A DNA stretch of 63,010 nt, the filler included, from Nemertoderma westbladi (lineage: Eukaryota > Animalia > Xenacoelomorpha): the NCBI GenBank assembly GCA_032718475.1. It is 3 parts of 3 records of this genome, joined end to end, with 100 filler letters (N's around TTAATTAATTAA, not from the genome) between each part and the next. Parts side by side here need not be neighbours in the genome. Positions count along the whole stretch, not along the records: positions 1 to 29,305 come from JAUCBJ010001397.1; 2 more parts are not named here. One strand, 5' to 3'. Positions 1-12,200 of this stretch are shown piece after piece. The translations under genes and the position numbers were made by a program. Below the pieces are notes generated by a model. It worked only from the letters and a program-made list of their open reading frames with translations. It had not been told where the DNA came from and ran no database searches. Position 1 is the stretch's first letter. The number at the start of each line of letters is the position of its first letter.

Positions 1-57
1 CTAATAATTTGTTAATAATAATTCTTCAACAAAAATTCTTATAAAACTCATGTAACA

Positions 58-1989
58 ATGACAATCAGCGATCGGTTTATATTCGCGGCCGCAAATGGCG
101 ACATCTCGTTGCTGCGGGAGAATATGGCGAAACTCTCGAACACGATGGTGGATAAATTCGGCTCGACCTGCGTTCACTTCGCCGCTCGCACGGGTCACAT
201 GGACATGCTGGAGTTGCTAGTGAAGGAAGCGAAACTAGGTGGAGACGTGCGGGCGACAAACGGGGCCACACCGGCGCACGACGCAGCTGCCACCGGTCGG
301 TCTGAGTGTTTCCGTTGGCTCATAGAGGAGGCAGGTTGTGATGCCGAAGCTACAGACACGAGTGGGTCAACGCTCGGCCACATAGCTGCGCGGTTCGGTC
401 ACGTCGAAATACTACAATACTTAGGAGACGAAAAAGGTTGCAAGTTCGAGGAACGCACGCGAGGTGGCGCTTTAGCCATGCACTATGCGGCTACTGGAGG
501 ACACCTCGAGTGTCTCCGCTATCTGAACGAGCGAAACGAGTCTCTTTCGAACGAGCTCACTGATGGAGGAATGAGCGCGTTGTATCTCGCTGCGCAGAAC
601 GGCCATCTACCCGTAGTGTTGGAGTTAGACGCGGTGTTCGGGGCCGATCCGTATCAGGGGACCCCGGACGGTATGCTACCGGTACACGCGGCCGCCCAAT
701 CCGGACATCAGCGGGTCGTGCGATGGTTGATCGCGGAGCATCCCGACCTAGTGAATGCGCAGGATGCGGAGGGCGGCACCGTGCTTCATTTCGCCGCCGC
801 TGGGGGCTCAACCGATCTGGTCAATTGGTTGCTTCTGCACGGCGCTGCTCTGAAGGCTGACACTGTCGGTGCATCGCCGCTTCACACAGCGGCTGAACAT
901 GGCAATCTGCACGTGCTGAGAACCCTCATCCGAGTCGGTTGTGATCCATTTCTTCAAGACTTTGAGAACAACAAGGCCTCCCAGCTGGCTGAAAAGTGCA
1001 ATTATATTAGATGTTCACGATATCTTTCGGCTAAGGAAAAACAAATCCAGAAATGCGATCGACTAGCTAAGATTGAAGATACGGCGGTTGTTCCCGTTGA
1101 AGCAGCTGTCGATGATGGTGGTCTAAAAGAAGACGAACGATTATCCATTAATGTGTTAGAAGCAGCTATTGTTGATGCTGAAGTTAATGAGCCTTCAGAT
1201 ATTAATTCTTCACCAGCATTGCTTGAATCTAACCCCAGAGTAAACTCTAATGGAAAACCACCAACTGACTCAATAACTAATCTCAACAGCGAATCTACTG
1301 AAAAAAATGTCGAAGGTGACGAAAAATTAGATAAAGAGTTGACGCCGATCAAAGATGTTGCCATTAATGATTCCAAGGCGAATAGTAATACACCTGATAC
1401 AGAGCCAAATAGTCGGGGAGATAGGGAAACACACAAATCTGAGACAATTACAGCGGGTAAAGTGAATTCAGATTCTAATGTAGGGGACATAGACAACTCC
1501 GAAAAAAGAATAACTGATAAAGACAAATCTAAGACAATGCCAGAGGTTAAAGACAACTCTAAGACAATGCCAGAAGAGAAAGACAATTCTGACATAAAGC
1601 AAGATGAAAAAGACAAATCTGATACAAAGCCTGACGAGAAAGAGAAATGCGACACAAAGCCAGAAGAGAAAGAGAAATCCGAAACAAAGCCTGACGAGAA
1701 AGAGAAATCTGATACAAAGCCTGAAGAGAAAGACAAATCTGATAATACAGAGGACAAAGACAAATCTGACAAGGGGAAAGGTGAGAAAAACAAATCAGGT
1801 AAAAAGAACGGGAACAAAGACAAACCGGAAAAAAAGAATGGGGACAAGGATAAAGCTGAAAATGTAATAGATAAACACAAAGAATCTACCAAAGATCAAG
1901 AGATTAAAGACGATGTCGATGATAAAAAGGACAAAAAGAAAAAGAAGAAAGAAGAAAAAAAAGCCGCCAAAGAGAAAAAGAAAAAGTGA
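58..1989 (+). CDS. Espin/ESPNL/forked-family ankyrin-repeat protein with a charged low-complexity C-terminus, single exon
   Basis: 643-aa ORF with about 9 ankyrin repeats resembling the espin N-terminus (NGATPAHDAAATG, HIAARFGH, DGMLPVHAAAQSGH, WLLLHG, CSRYL). C-terminal half is D/E/K-rich and ends in poly-Lys. Confidence 0.85.
   Translation: MTISDRFIFAAANGDISLLRENMAKLSNTMVDKFGSTCVHFAARTGHMDMLELLVKEAKLGGDVRATNGATPAHDAAATGRSECFRWLIEEAGCDAEATDTSGSTLGHIAARFGHVEILQYLGDEKGCKFEERTRGGALAMHYAATGGHLECLRYLNERNESLSNELTDGGMSALYLAAQNGHLPVVLELDAVFGADPYQGTPDGMLPVHAAAQSGHQRVVRWLIAEHPDLVNAQDAEGGTVLHFAAAGGSTDLVNWLLLHGAALKADTVGASPLHTAAEHGNLHVLRTLIRVGCDPFLQDFENNKASQLAEKCNYIRCSRYLSAKEKQIQKCDRLAKIEDTAVVPVEAAVDDGGLKEDERLSINVLEAAIVDAEVNEPSDINSSPALLESNPRVNSNGKPPTDSITNLNSESTEKNVEGDEKLDKELTPIKDVAINDSKANSNTPDTEPNSRGDRETHKSETITAGKVNSDSNVGDIDNSEKRITDKDKSKTMPEVKDNSKTMPEEKDNSDIKQDEKDKSDTKPDEKEKCDTKPEEKEKSETKPDEKEKSDTKPEEKDKSDNTEDKDKSDKGKGEKNKSGKKNGNKDKPEKKNGDKDKAENVIDKHKESTKDQEIKDDVDDKKDKKKKKKEEKKAAKEKKKK
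1516..1775 (+). repeat. Coding 30-nt tandem repeat (10-aa unit, KDKSDTKPEE-like)
   Basis: About 8 imperfect copies of AAAGACAAATCTGATACAAAGCCTGAAGAG inside the ankyrin ORF. Confidence 0.85.
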
Positions 1990-4539
1990 GAGCGTTTACC
2001 ACGAAACATTTATTTTCGGGACAAACATTATAACATGTAGCTTGTCCTTCTTCTCCCTTACATAATTAACGTCTTTCCAAATTATTGCTAATTACCCATA
2101 GAATTAGGCGTTTCCACTTCTTCACTTTTCCGTATGTGGCTACCATCTACATTTGCTGTATATTCTTGAAATCATGTTTACAAAAAAAACATTTTGTTGA
2201 AACTTCTTAATCTAGATAATATGAATTGTCTTTCTTTCCAATAGTAAACCTAAATCTTGAATTATTCAGATTTTTTAATAGTACTGTAGGTCTCATTGTA
2301 GTAAATAGGTGCAGTATTTGAATTCTACATTATCTCAAAAAATAGTGAGAACGTTATTATTATAAATTATTAAACTTTGCGATATAAATTAGTTATTTAG
2401 TTAAATTTAAAAGTTAAATTTGATGAGATCCAAACCGTTTATCGTGTAGTTGTTGTATTCATCCAGTGTGATTCCTTATTTACATGTCTTGTCTTTTTGA
2501 TTATATTACATATCTATGAGAGATTCTAAACAATCGTGGGGCCTTCCAGCAGGTCAAAGTAAGCGAGTTTATCATACGGGTACTACTATTTCAACAGTTG
2601 CCTTTTCGCCCTCTAGCGGGAGACAGGAGAACAACTGAGTCCCCACTCAACGTCTATTACAGACTTCGACGGACTAAATGTGTACCGTACCAAGTTTGGT
2701 TTAATTTTATCAATATTTAATTAATTAATTTTTAGTCTTGAAACATTTGCCGATATAAATACAGACCGACCAACAACACGGTTGAAACAGCCGTATCTGT
2801 AGGCCTATGCTAAGTTTGCTTACTTGGTCAATCTTCCTACAAAATCCCACTGTAGACTGTTGGTCCCATTCATTACAGTGGTTATTCGTGGATAGAAACG
2901 CTGCTGTAACCTGTTCCTTTCCCAGTGTTTGGGAATTCTTCGGACACGTTTTTTCTATTACTACATCGACATTATTTAATATTAACTGTTGTGCAATAAT
3001 ACTGTAGCTGAATTACAATTTTCATTACAATGTGTGATTTGGAAATCTCTAAAACTTATTTTCTTTCTCCGTGTAATATTAATCTGAAATTAGATCCACT
3101 AAACCCGAAATGTAATAACTATTTACGTAATCGTATATAAAGTGTCACTGTACAGTATGTTCATCAACTCATCTGAGTGGTGTGTTACACGAACGAGCGT
3201 AGTGAGTTAGTGTAAAAAAGATACGAGGATCAGATCGCTGTAATATATTTTCCAACATGTACTAATATACATATGTTGTTATATTCCAAACTTGTTACAT
3301 TACGAAATGGGATTGCTGATGAAAAAAGCTTAAGAAATTTTGCTGTTAAAAAATGTCTCAATTTGATTGTGGTATTTATAAACTTTCATAATTGATTGGT
3401 TCAGTTTATAAGTTTTGACTTCCTTTCTGTTTATAAAGGCGAAATTGATGCGGTTGAAGGAAAGTGAATCTAACCATCAATATAATAAACAAACAGCGTA
3501 ACGAGTGCAAAGATTTTCGGTACCGACTACGGACGTCGACTAAATCACTAAATTATCACGCGCGGCGCCATTGTCTTGATCTCATTAGACACCGACATAA
3601 AACAATGTAAATTTAAAATATCACTGAGTAGAAAATTCAAATCAAAATTAATTAATGAACTGAAATAAGATGAAGCCTTTCCGATAATTTTTTTTATTAT
3701 ATATATTTTTTTTATTTAACGTCATTTTTGAACTTAAATCACATACCTTAAATTAAGCTGAAAATTTCCAAAACCTTATAAAATAATATACGTAAAATTA
3801 CAGGTTTATAACATTATTTGTGCCTTTTAAATCAAAATCGAATTGGTTGAATCAAATTTGAGATATTTTATTGGCGAAATTATAATACATTTTTGAACTA
3901 CGACTAATTTTACAACCTAAGTTTCCCAAGTTTTCAAATTAAGTGATTTTTAGAAGTTATATTTTAATCTTAATACCCAGAGCTACAGTAGAATATCAAA
4001 GTTAAAGGTTTAGATACAAATTGTACCTATCATACCACCGAATAGCTACCGGTAGGGGGTGGGTTGGGTGCCATATCAGCGGAAATATGAAACCTGGGGT
4101 TCATAAAAACTTTTAATCCAATGTACGGAAGTAACGACCGTGATGCTTTAATTACCATAAATATGGCGGAAATAAATTATCAACCGGATACAAGTGAATG
4201 TGCAGTGTAATGCATCGCTACCCTGTCTTACGAAGTTATGCAAATTTATTACGATGACCGAAACTCATTAAAATCTTAACGCCATTATTATACATTTAAT
4301 ATATTCTGTTTATGAAAGGCTGATTTGAGTGATAGAAACATTAGGAAAGTTACAGTAGGAGTGCAAACGATGCTTAATTGAGCAAAGTAAAGGAAAATTA
4401 CTTATAAACTAAAAATATGATACTCTGAAGAGAACCCAAAGATTATCCTAACTCGCTTGGCTGTTACCTGTAATGCTGGGAGAGTGCCACTCTAAATACG
4501 GATAAAAAGGGGCTGATTGACAAGCATCACGATTCACAG

Positions 4540-7500
4540 TGCTCACTCTGCGCGCCCACACCGCTATGACCTCGCTCTCTCTGCACGCCCACACTGCTAT
4601 GACCTCGCTCTCTCTGCACCCCCACACCGCTATAACCTTGCTCTCTCTGCACCCTCACACCGCTATGGCCTCGCTCTCTCTGCACCCCCACACTGCTACG
4701 ACCTCGCTCTCTCTGCACCCCCACCACTATGACCTCGCTCTCTCCGCACCCTCACACTGCTATGACCTCGCTCTCTCTGCACCCCCACACTGCTATAACC
4801 TCGCTCTCTCTGCACCATCACACTGCTATGGCCTCGCTCTCTCTGCACCCCCAGACCGCTATGAACTCGCTCTCTCTGCACCCCCACCACTATGACCTCG
4901 CTCACTCTGCACCCCACACCACTATGACCTCCCTCACTCTGCACCCCACACCACTATGACCTCCCTCTCTCTGCACCCCACACCACTATGACCTCGCTCT
5001 CTCTGCACCCCACACCACTATGACATCCCTCTCTCTGCACCACACACCGCTATAACCTCGCTCTCTCTGCACCCTCACACCGCTATGACCTTACTCTCTC
5101 TGCACCCCACACCGCTATAACCTTGCCTCTATGGACCCCCTCACCACTATGACCTCGCTCTCTCCGCACCCCCACACTGCTATGACCTCCCTCTCTCTGC
5201 ACCCCACACCGCTATGACCTCACTCTCTCTGCACCCCACACTGCTATGACCTTGCCTCTATGGACCCCCTCACCACTATGACCTCGCTCTCTCTCTCTGC
5301 ACCCCACACCGCTATGACCTCACTCTCTCTGCACCCCACACCGCTATGACCTCACTCTCTCTGCACCCCACACTGCTATGACCTTGCCTCTATGGACCCC
5401 CTCACCACTATGACCTCGCTCTCTCCGCACCCCCACACTGCTATGACCTCCCTCTCTCTGCACCCCACACCGCTATGACCTCACTCTCTCTGCACCCCAC
5501 ACCGCTATAACCTTGCCTCTATGGACCCCCTCACCACTATGACCTCGCTCTCTCCGCACCCCCACACTGCTATGACCTCCCTCTCTCTGCACCCCACACC
5601 GCTATGACCTCACTCTCTCTGCACCCCACACTGCTATGACCTTGCCTCTATGGACCCCCTCACCACTATGACCTCACTCTCTCTGCACCCCACACCGCTA
5701 TGACCTCACTCTCTCTGCACCCCACACCGCTATAACCTTGCCTCTATGGACCCCCTCACCACTATGACCTCGCTCTCTCCGCACCCCCACACTGCTATGA
5801 CCTCCCTCTCTCTGCACCCCACACCGCTATGACCTCACTCTCTCTGCACCCCACACCGCTATAACCTTGCCTCTATGGACCCCCTCACCACTATGACCTC
5901 GCTCTCTCCGCACCCCCACACTGCTATGACCTTGCCTCTATGGACCCCCTCACCACTATGACCTCGCTCTCTCCGCACCCCCACACTGCTATGACCTCCC
6001 TCTCTCTGCACCCCACACCGCTATGACCTCGCTCTCTCTGCACCCCACACCGCTATGACCTCACTCTCTCTGCACCCCACACCGCTATGACCTTGCCTCT
6101 ATGGACCCCCTCACCACTATGACCTCGCTCTCTCAGCACCCCCACACTGCTATGACCTCACTCTCTCTGCACCCCACACCGCTATGACCTTGCCTCTATG
6201 GACCCCCTCACCACTATGACATCGCTCTCTCAGCACCCCCACACTGCTATGACCTCACTCTCTCTGCACCCCACACCGCTATGACCTTGCCTCTATGGAC
6301 CCCCTCACCACTATGACCTCGCTCTCTCTGCACCCCACACCGCTATGACCTTGCCTCTATGGACCCCCTCACCACTATGACCTCGCTCTCTCTGCACCCC
6401 ACACCGCTATGACCTTGCCTCTATGGACCCCCTCACCACTATGACCTCGCTCTCTCTGCACCCCACACCGCTATAACCTTGCCTCTATGGACCCCCTCAC
6501 CACTATGACCTCGCTCTCTCCGCACCCCCACACTGCTATGACCTTGCCTCTATGGACCCCCTCACCACTATGACCTCGCTCTCTCCGCACCCCCACACTG
6601 CTATGACCTCCCTCTCTCTGCACCCCACACCGCTATGACCTCGCTCTCTCTGCACCCCACACCGCTATGACCTCACTCTCTCTGCACCCCACACCGCTAT
6701 GACCTTGCCTCTATGGACCCCCTCACCACTATGACCTCGCTCTCTCAGCACCCCCACACTGCTATGACCTCACTCTCTCTGCACCCCACACCGCTATGAC
6801 CTTGCCTCTATGGACCCCCTCACCACTATGACATCGCTCTCTCAGCACCCCCACACTGCTATGACCTCACTCTCTCTGCACCCCACACCGCTATGACCTT
6901 GCCTCTATGGACCCCCTCACCACTATGACCTCGCTCTCTCTGCACCCCACACCGCTATGACCTTGCCTCTATGGACCCCCTCACCACTATGACCTCGCTC
7001 TCTCAGCACCCCCACACTGCTATGACCTCACTCTCTCTGCACCCCACACCGCTATGACCTTGCCTCTATGGACCCCCTCACCACTATGACCTCGCTCTCT
7101 CAGCACCCCCACACTGCTATGACCTCACTCTCTCTGCACCCCACACCGCTATGACCTTGCCTCTATGGACCCCCTCACCACTATGACCTCGCTCTCTCTG
7201 CACCCCACACCGCTATGACCTTGCCTCTATGGACCCCCTCACCACTATGACCTCGCTCTCTCTGCACCCCACACCGCTATGACCTTGCCTCTATGGACCC
7301 CCTCACCACTATGACCTCGCTCTCTCTGCACCCCACACCGCTATGACCTTGCCTCTATGGACCCCCTCACCACTATGACCTCGCTCTCTCCGCGCCCCCA
7401 CACCACTATGACCTCCCTCTCTCTGCACCCCACACCGCTATGACCTCACTCTCTCTGCACCCCACACTGCTATGACCTTGCCTCTATGGACCCCCTCACC

Positions 7501-7590
7501 ACTATGACCTCGCTCTCTCTGCACCCCACACCGCTATGACCTTGCCTCTATGGACCCCCTCACCACTATGACCTCACTATCACCACTATA
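4540..7590. repeat. 32-33 bp C-rich minisatellite (about 3 kb)
   Basis: Units GACCTCGCTCTCTCTGCACCCCACACCGCTAT and variant GACCTTGCCTCTATGGACCCCCTCACCACTAT, in dimer/trimer patterns. Confidence 0.97.
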
Positions 7591-9241
7591 AGTAATTTAT
7601 TGCTAACCAGTAGTTTAGTAGGTAAGAGCGCTACAACTGTGTACTTGTTCTGTCACTGTTGGAGGCAACAAAATGTAATTTTCTATACTTCTTTTGCAAA
7701 AAAATGTTGTGAAAAATTTAACTTGAAATTGACGGCGATTTTTACGACATGACGTGAAAACGTTGTGAAAATGTCCTGAAGATGCAACTTGACAGACACG
7801 TCATACATCACATTAACGTGTTGTTTTATATAAATTATTAATGTTTTGTTGCGGACCATAGTATACTGTATATGGGTCAACAAAACCTGTGTAAATTTAT
7901 GAACTTAAGCATTCAATGCAGCATTTGTTTATATATTAACTCCAGTGGAATAAAGTAAAATAATTTTCTACGTTTGCTGATTAATATGCGTGGGAACATC
8001 CATGTGACTTATTTCCCACATAAGTCTTTGCTTTGGATTCTGATTTCTACTCTCAAACCGATTGAAATCTGAGGATCAAATTACGCTGACCATATTGGAA
8101 GGAAACCAGAACTAATTGGGAGTTATAAGAACCCGATACCTAAGTAATTATGATGGGAAGTTGTAATTATGGATTCCTTCGACCAATTACTGCAGTAGTT
8201 GTACCGTTATCGTTATCGTATCGAACAGTATCGTACCATAATAACGGTTTGTCAAAGATTATCTTTAGTAGCTGACCTACAACTGCACCGTATTGTACTG
8301 TAGGTTATCGATTAGCAATTATTATATCGTTGCCGAATTCGAATTCGACAGTAACACTCCATATAATATCAAACTTAATTGGTAATTATTATTATCTTGA
8401 GATAAGAGATAAGCTGAAAGTTTCCAATGATCAGCAAATAAATAAACGTTTTTGTTTTAGAATATTATTTTGAACTTATTTTATGTGTGTCAGTAGAATT
8501 TAAATATTTCGCAAAATTGCCTTTCTAATCAATTTACAGTATAAACGAAGTTTCTGGATTTATACCATAGGACGTTATAAAAATAGAGAAATACTTGGTT
8601 GGAATGGAATAGGGAAATTCCCCGGATAAATTACTCCCCCCCCCCCCCCCCCCCCCACCCCTCCCCGCCCGATGACTATTGACCCCAAGAACAACTAAAC
8701 ACATCTTGCAACTGCACCCCAACACCAAACAACAACATTATTATATTAACACAACGATTGCTGATGTTTAATTTAATTGAAAAACAAAGGTAAAAGTTGA
8801 TGGCAATCAAAATGATGATCACAACAATCAAAATAAATATATTTGTATATTGTTTGTTAAATTATATTGTTTAATAGAAAAGATTCTGGAACATCAATAG
8901 TAGGTCGTCAGCATATCTGAAAGTTTATTGGATACGCGAGTTCTAACCCCACTGATTGCCAATTTATTTTTTCGCTGCATTTGCGATAGTGTTGATCATT
9001 GTCAGGGGAAAATTGTGCGGGCATTTGTCAAAGGGGAAAAGGTAAATTATTCGCGCAGCAGGAATTTCTAAATGACAGGCGATGTATAATTAATTTTTTT
9101 ATATCGCTCTGTGCTGACTTTGGTTCTATTTTTTACTATTTATTTTGACCCCACCCCCCCCCCCCCCCCCCCCCCCCCCAAGTCCGTTTCTAGTATAGAA
9201 TTATTTCTTCAATGGGACTTCATCTTCGGATCATATAAATT

Positions 9242-12200
9242 ATGAAGAAGATGGCGTTTACAGTCAAATTACATATTCTTGTTGGCATGGTGACATTCCT
9301 CTCAACAGTAAAAGGTAATTAGTTTATAGTGTATCTTTGTATCGGCTTGCTGTAAACCATGGCTACGGATATCACCTTGTAAACATGTTTCGGTGTATTC
9401 CATAATACAGGAAGGTGAATATAAAAGTGGGCGAATCTGTTGTCTGAAACTCCAAAGAATGTAAGCAGTAGGCCTAGTAGGCAGCTAGCGGTATCATAAT
9501 ACGGAATATAGGGGTCTGTCTCGTACAGTAGTAGGAACACGTAGGCCTATTTGTTCAGAAAAGTTTTGTCGGCTTAATGTCTTCAGCTGTATGCAGATAG
9601 GAGGGGGGAGGGGGGGGGGGGGGGAACTGGACGCAATAAAAATGCATCCCTCTCCAGGGGAAATTCGACGCAAATAACAGTTGATTATTCACAAAAAATA
9701 AAACTGTAACCTGTTTTATTGTGTTTAGTTTTTTGTTTTGGTTAAAATAACGTGCCACTGTAACCTGCTCCTTTCCCTATGAAGTGAAGATAATTTCTAA
9801 AATCGTGGGATGGCCAAACTTTAGGTCTGCATATATTTATAAAATTAAGTATAATTACGCCATCAATTCATACAGTTCAGTAGTTTGCTTTACCTGTATC
9901 CATACAATAGAATGAGGAAAGGGTGGGGATATACTCCGCAATGGCATAATACACGGGAAATCGTGAAAAAAAAACCGTTTCTAAGTGACAATGGCATATG
10001 AACGAACAGTTGGTAATGTAACCCTGTAATAACGGGGTGTTGTTATGTTAGGCCTACTTACAGTAGATCCCAAGTTTTTCCTCAAAAACTACAAAAGAAC
10101 AATAGCTATAGTGATTATAGTTAATTATATTGTATGGCATGTATTGTAATACATACAAATACAATTAATTGATTGAAATCAGCCACCAAATAGTATCCCC
10201 TACTGAATCAGCCTGCAATGCAATTAATTTTCTTATAAAAAAATAAAGACTAATTCGAATCTTATTCTTCCCTACACTTTCTCGTATTATAACTTTTTCT
10301 TTTAAATTTCAATAAATAGATATAAAAGATCCACTAATAATATATTTTATAGAGTTTTGGGTATTTACAGTATACGGTTATATAGGCCTAATAATAATAA
10401 TATTAATAAGGCGCCGTATCCACTCGGTCACTGCGACGGCCTAAAGTAGGTTATGCAATAATTATGTTGCATTGGTTGTTATGTTAATAATTTCTTGTGT
10501 ATTTGTTTTCCTTTAGTTTCGCTATCAGAAGTTAACAACTGTTCGGATAACGACGGGTTGGAAAGAAACTGTTTAAGTTGGGCTAATGAAGGAATGTGCC
10601 TTTATGATTCGTACGTGGTAAAACAATGCCCAAAATCCTGCAACATTTGCGAAGGTGAGTTAACTACAGTATTCTACTGTTGTAGGCGTAATGGGAAAAA
10701 AGAGAAAGGGGGTGGGTGGGGATCACCTTTTATAGGCAAAAAAAAAGTAAAAATAACTTTTTGATCGATTTCGGTGTAGAATTTAATGGCGAACCCAGGT
10801 ATGTGAGTCTAACCTGAACTGCGACCCATTAGAGAACTGTTATACAGTAAGTATACTATCAGAGGCGTAGTGACGGGGGGGGGGACGTTCCCCCGGGCGC
10901 ACTCACCCAGGGGCGCTGAAATGTCAGGGGAAAGTCAGGGAATTCTTTTAAAAATAGAACAAATCAGTGAAAATTCAAGGATTGCGATACAATATTTTAC
11001 AGGACATGTGTCATAAGCGAAAATGTGGAAAAATTTTCTCTGCTTGCCATTAAATATGTTGTAAGTACTGTATATACTACTACTACTACTAGGTCGAGCG
11101 AACTCGGACAGTGGAAATGAGATCCTTCCAGGCTTCCCGATTCTCCATAGTTGTCGCAATTTCGTTTCTCCCAAGTTCAGTATCCCTTTCAAGTTGATCT
11201 ATATATGTTATGGCAGGTCGTCCACGACTACGCTTTCCATGAGTTGGTTGCCAGAAAAGTAGATCTGGTATGACCTCGTCTTTACTTCGCCAGCAGTGCC
11301 CACTGAATCTTAATCTGCGTTCACGGAGGGTGGTTGATACAGGTGGTATTGTACCATAAAGCTCGGCGTTTGTCATGTGTTGTCTCCAGCTGATGTTTAG
11401 GGCTGCCCTTAGTAGTCTTGTGTAGCAACCATCAATTCGTTGTTCAAGTGATTTAGTCAGTGTCCAGGTCTCACCCCCGTATAAAAATACACTTTCCACT
11501 GTGGCTCGAAAGAACTTGGTCTTCAGGTGCCTGGAGAGATCTGATTTCCAGATGGTATCCATTTTTGATAGAGCTACCCAAGCCTTTGCTTTCCTAACTT
11601 CTATGTCCTTTTTGCTACTCTCTATCCACGATCCAAGGTACTGGAAGTCATCTACCTTCCTTAGTTGATTATTATCAATGGTTGTCAAGTTTCCATCAAC
11701 ATTAAAGGTCATGAATTCGGTCTTGGTAGCATTTATATGCAATCCAACCTCCTTAGCAGCCCTCTCCACTTTATTTAGTAGAAGCTGTGCATCTGCTAGC
11801 GTATTAGAGAGCAGGGCGATGTCATCCGCAAAGTCGGTGTCTGTGACTGTAGTTGCCGGATATCTACTACTTCTGCGTTCTTGAAGTGTGAATCCCAGAT
11901 CTTCACCCTTTGTGGCCGTCCTCATTGCGTAATCCAGCACAATTACAAATAGTAATGGTGCTAATGTGTCACCTTGCAGTACGCCAGCCAGGATTGAGAA
12001 AAACTCAGTTTCACCATCTGGTGAGAGTACCTGCGCTTCTGTGTCACAATATAACAATCCAATGCCAGCAACAATTACTTCTGGTATTCCATAAGCTCTT
12101 AGGATTTCAAGCATTTTACCTCTATGGATGGAGTCGAATGCCTTCTTGAAGTCCACAAAAGTCATGACTGCGGGGAGATTCTTTGACTTAATTCCTTCAA

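Noticed and set aside
1002-1892. 296-aa Ser/Phe/Leu-rich minus-strand ORF
   Set aside because: Antisense shadow of the K/D/E-rich ankyrin gene tail.
4517-4959. Repetitive ORFs at the start of the minisatellite
   Set aside because: By-products of a 33-bp period; no splice or domain evidence.
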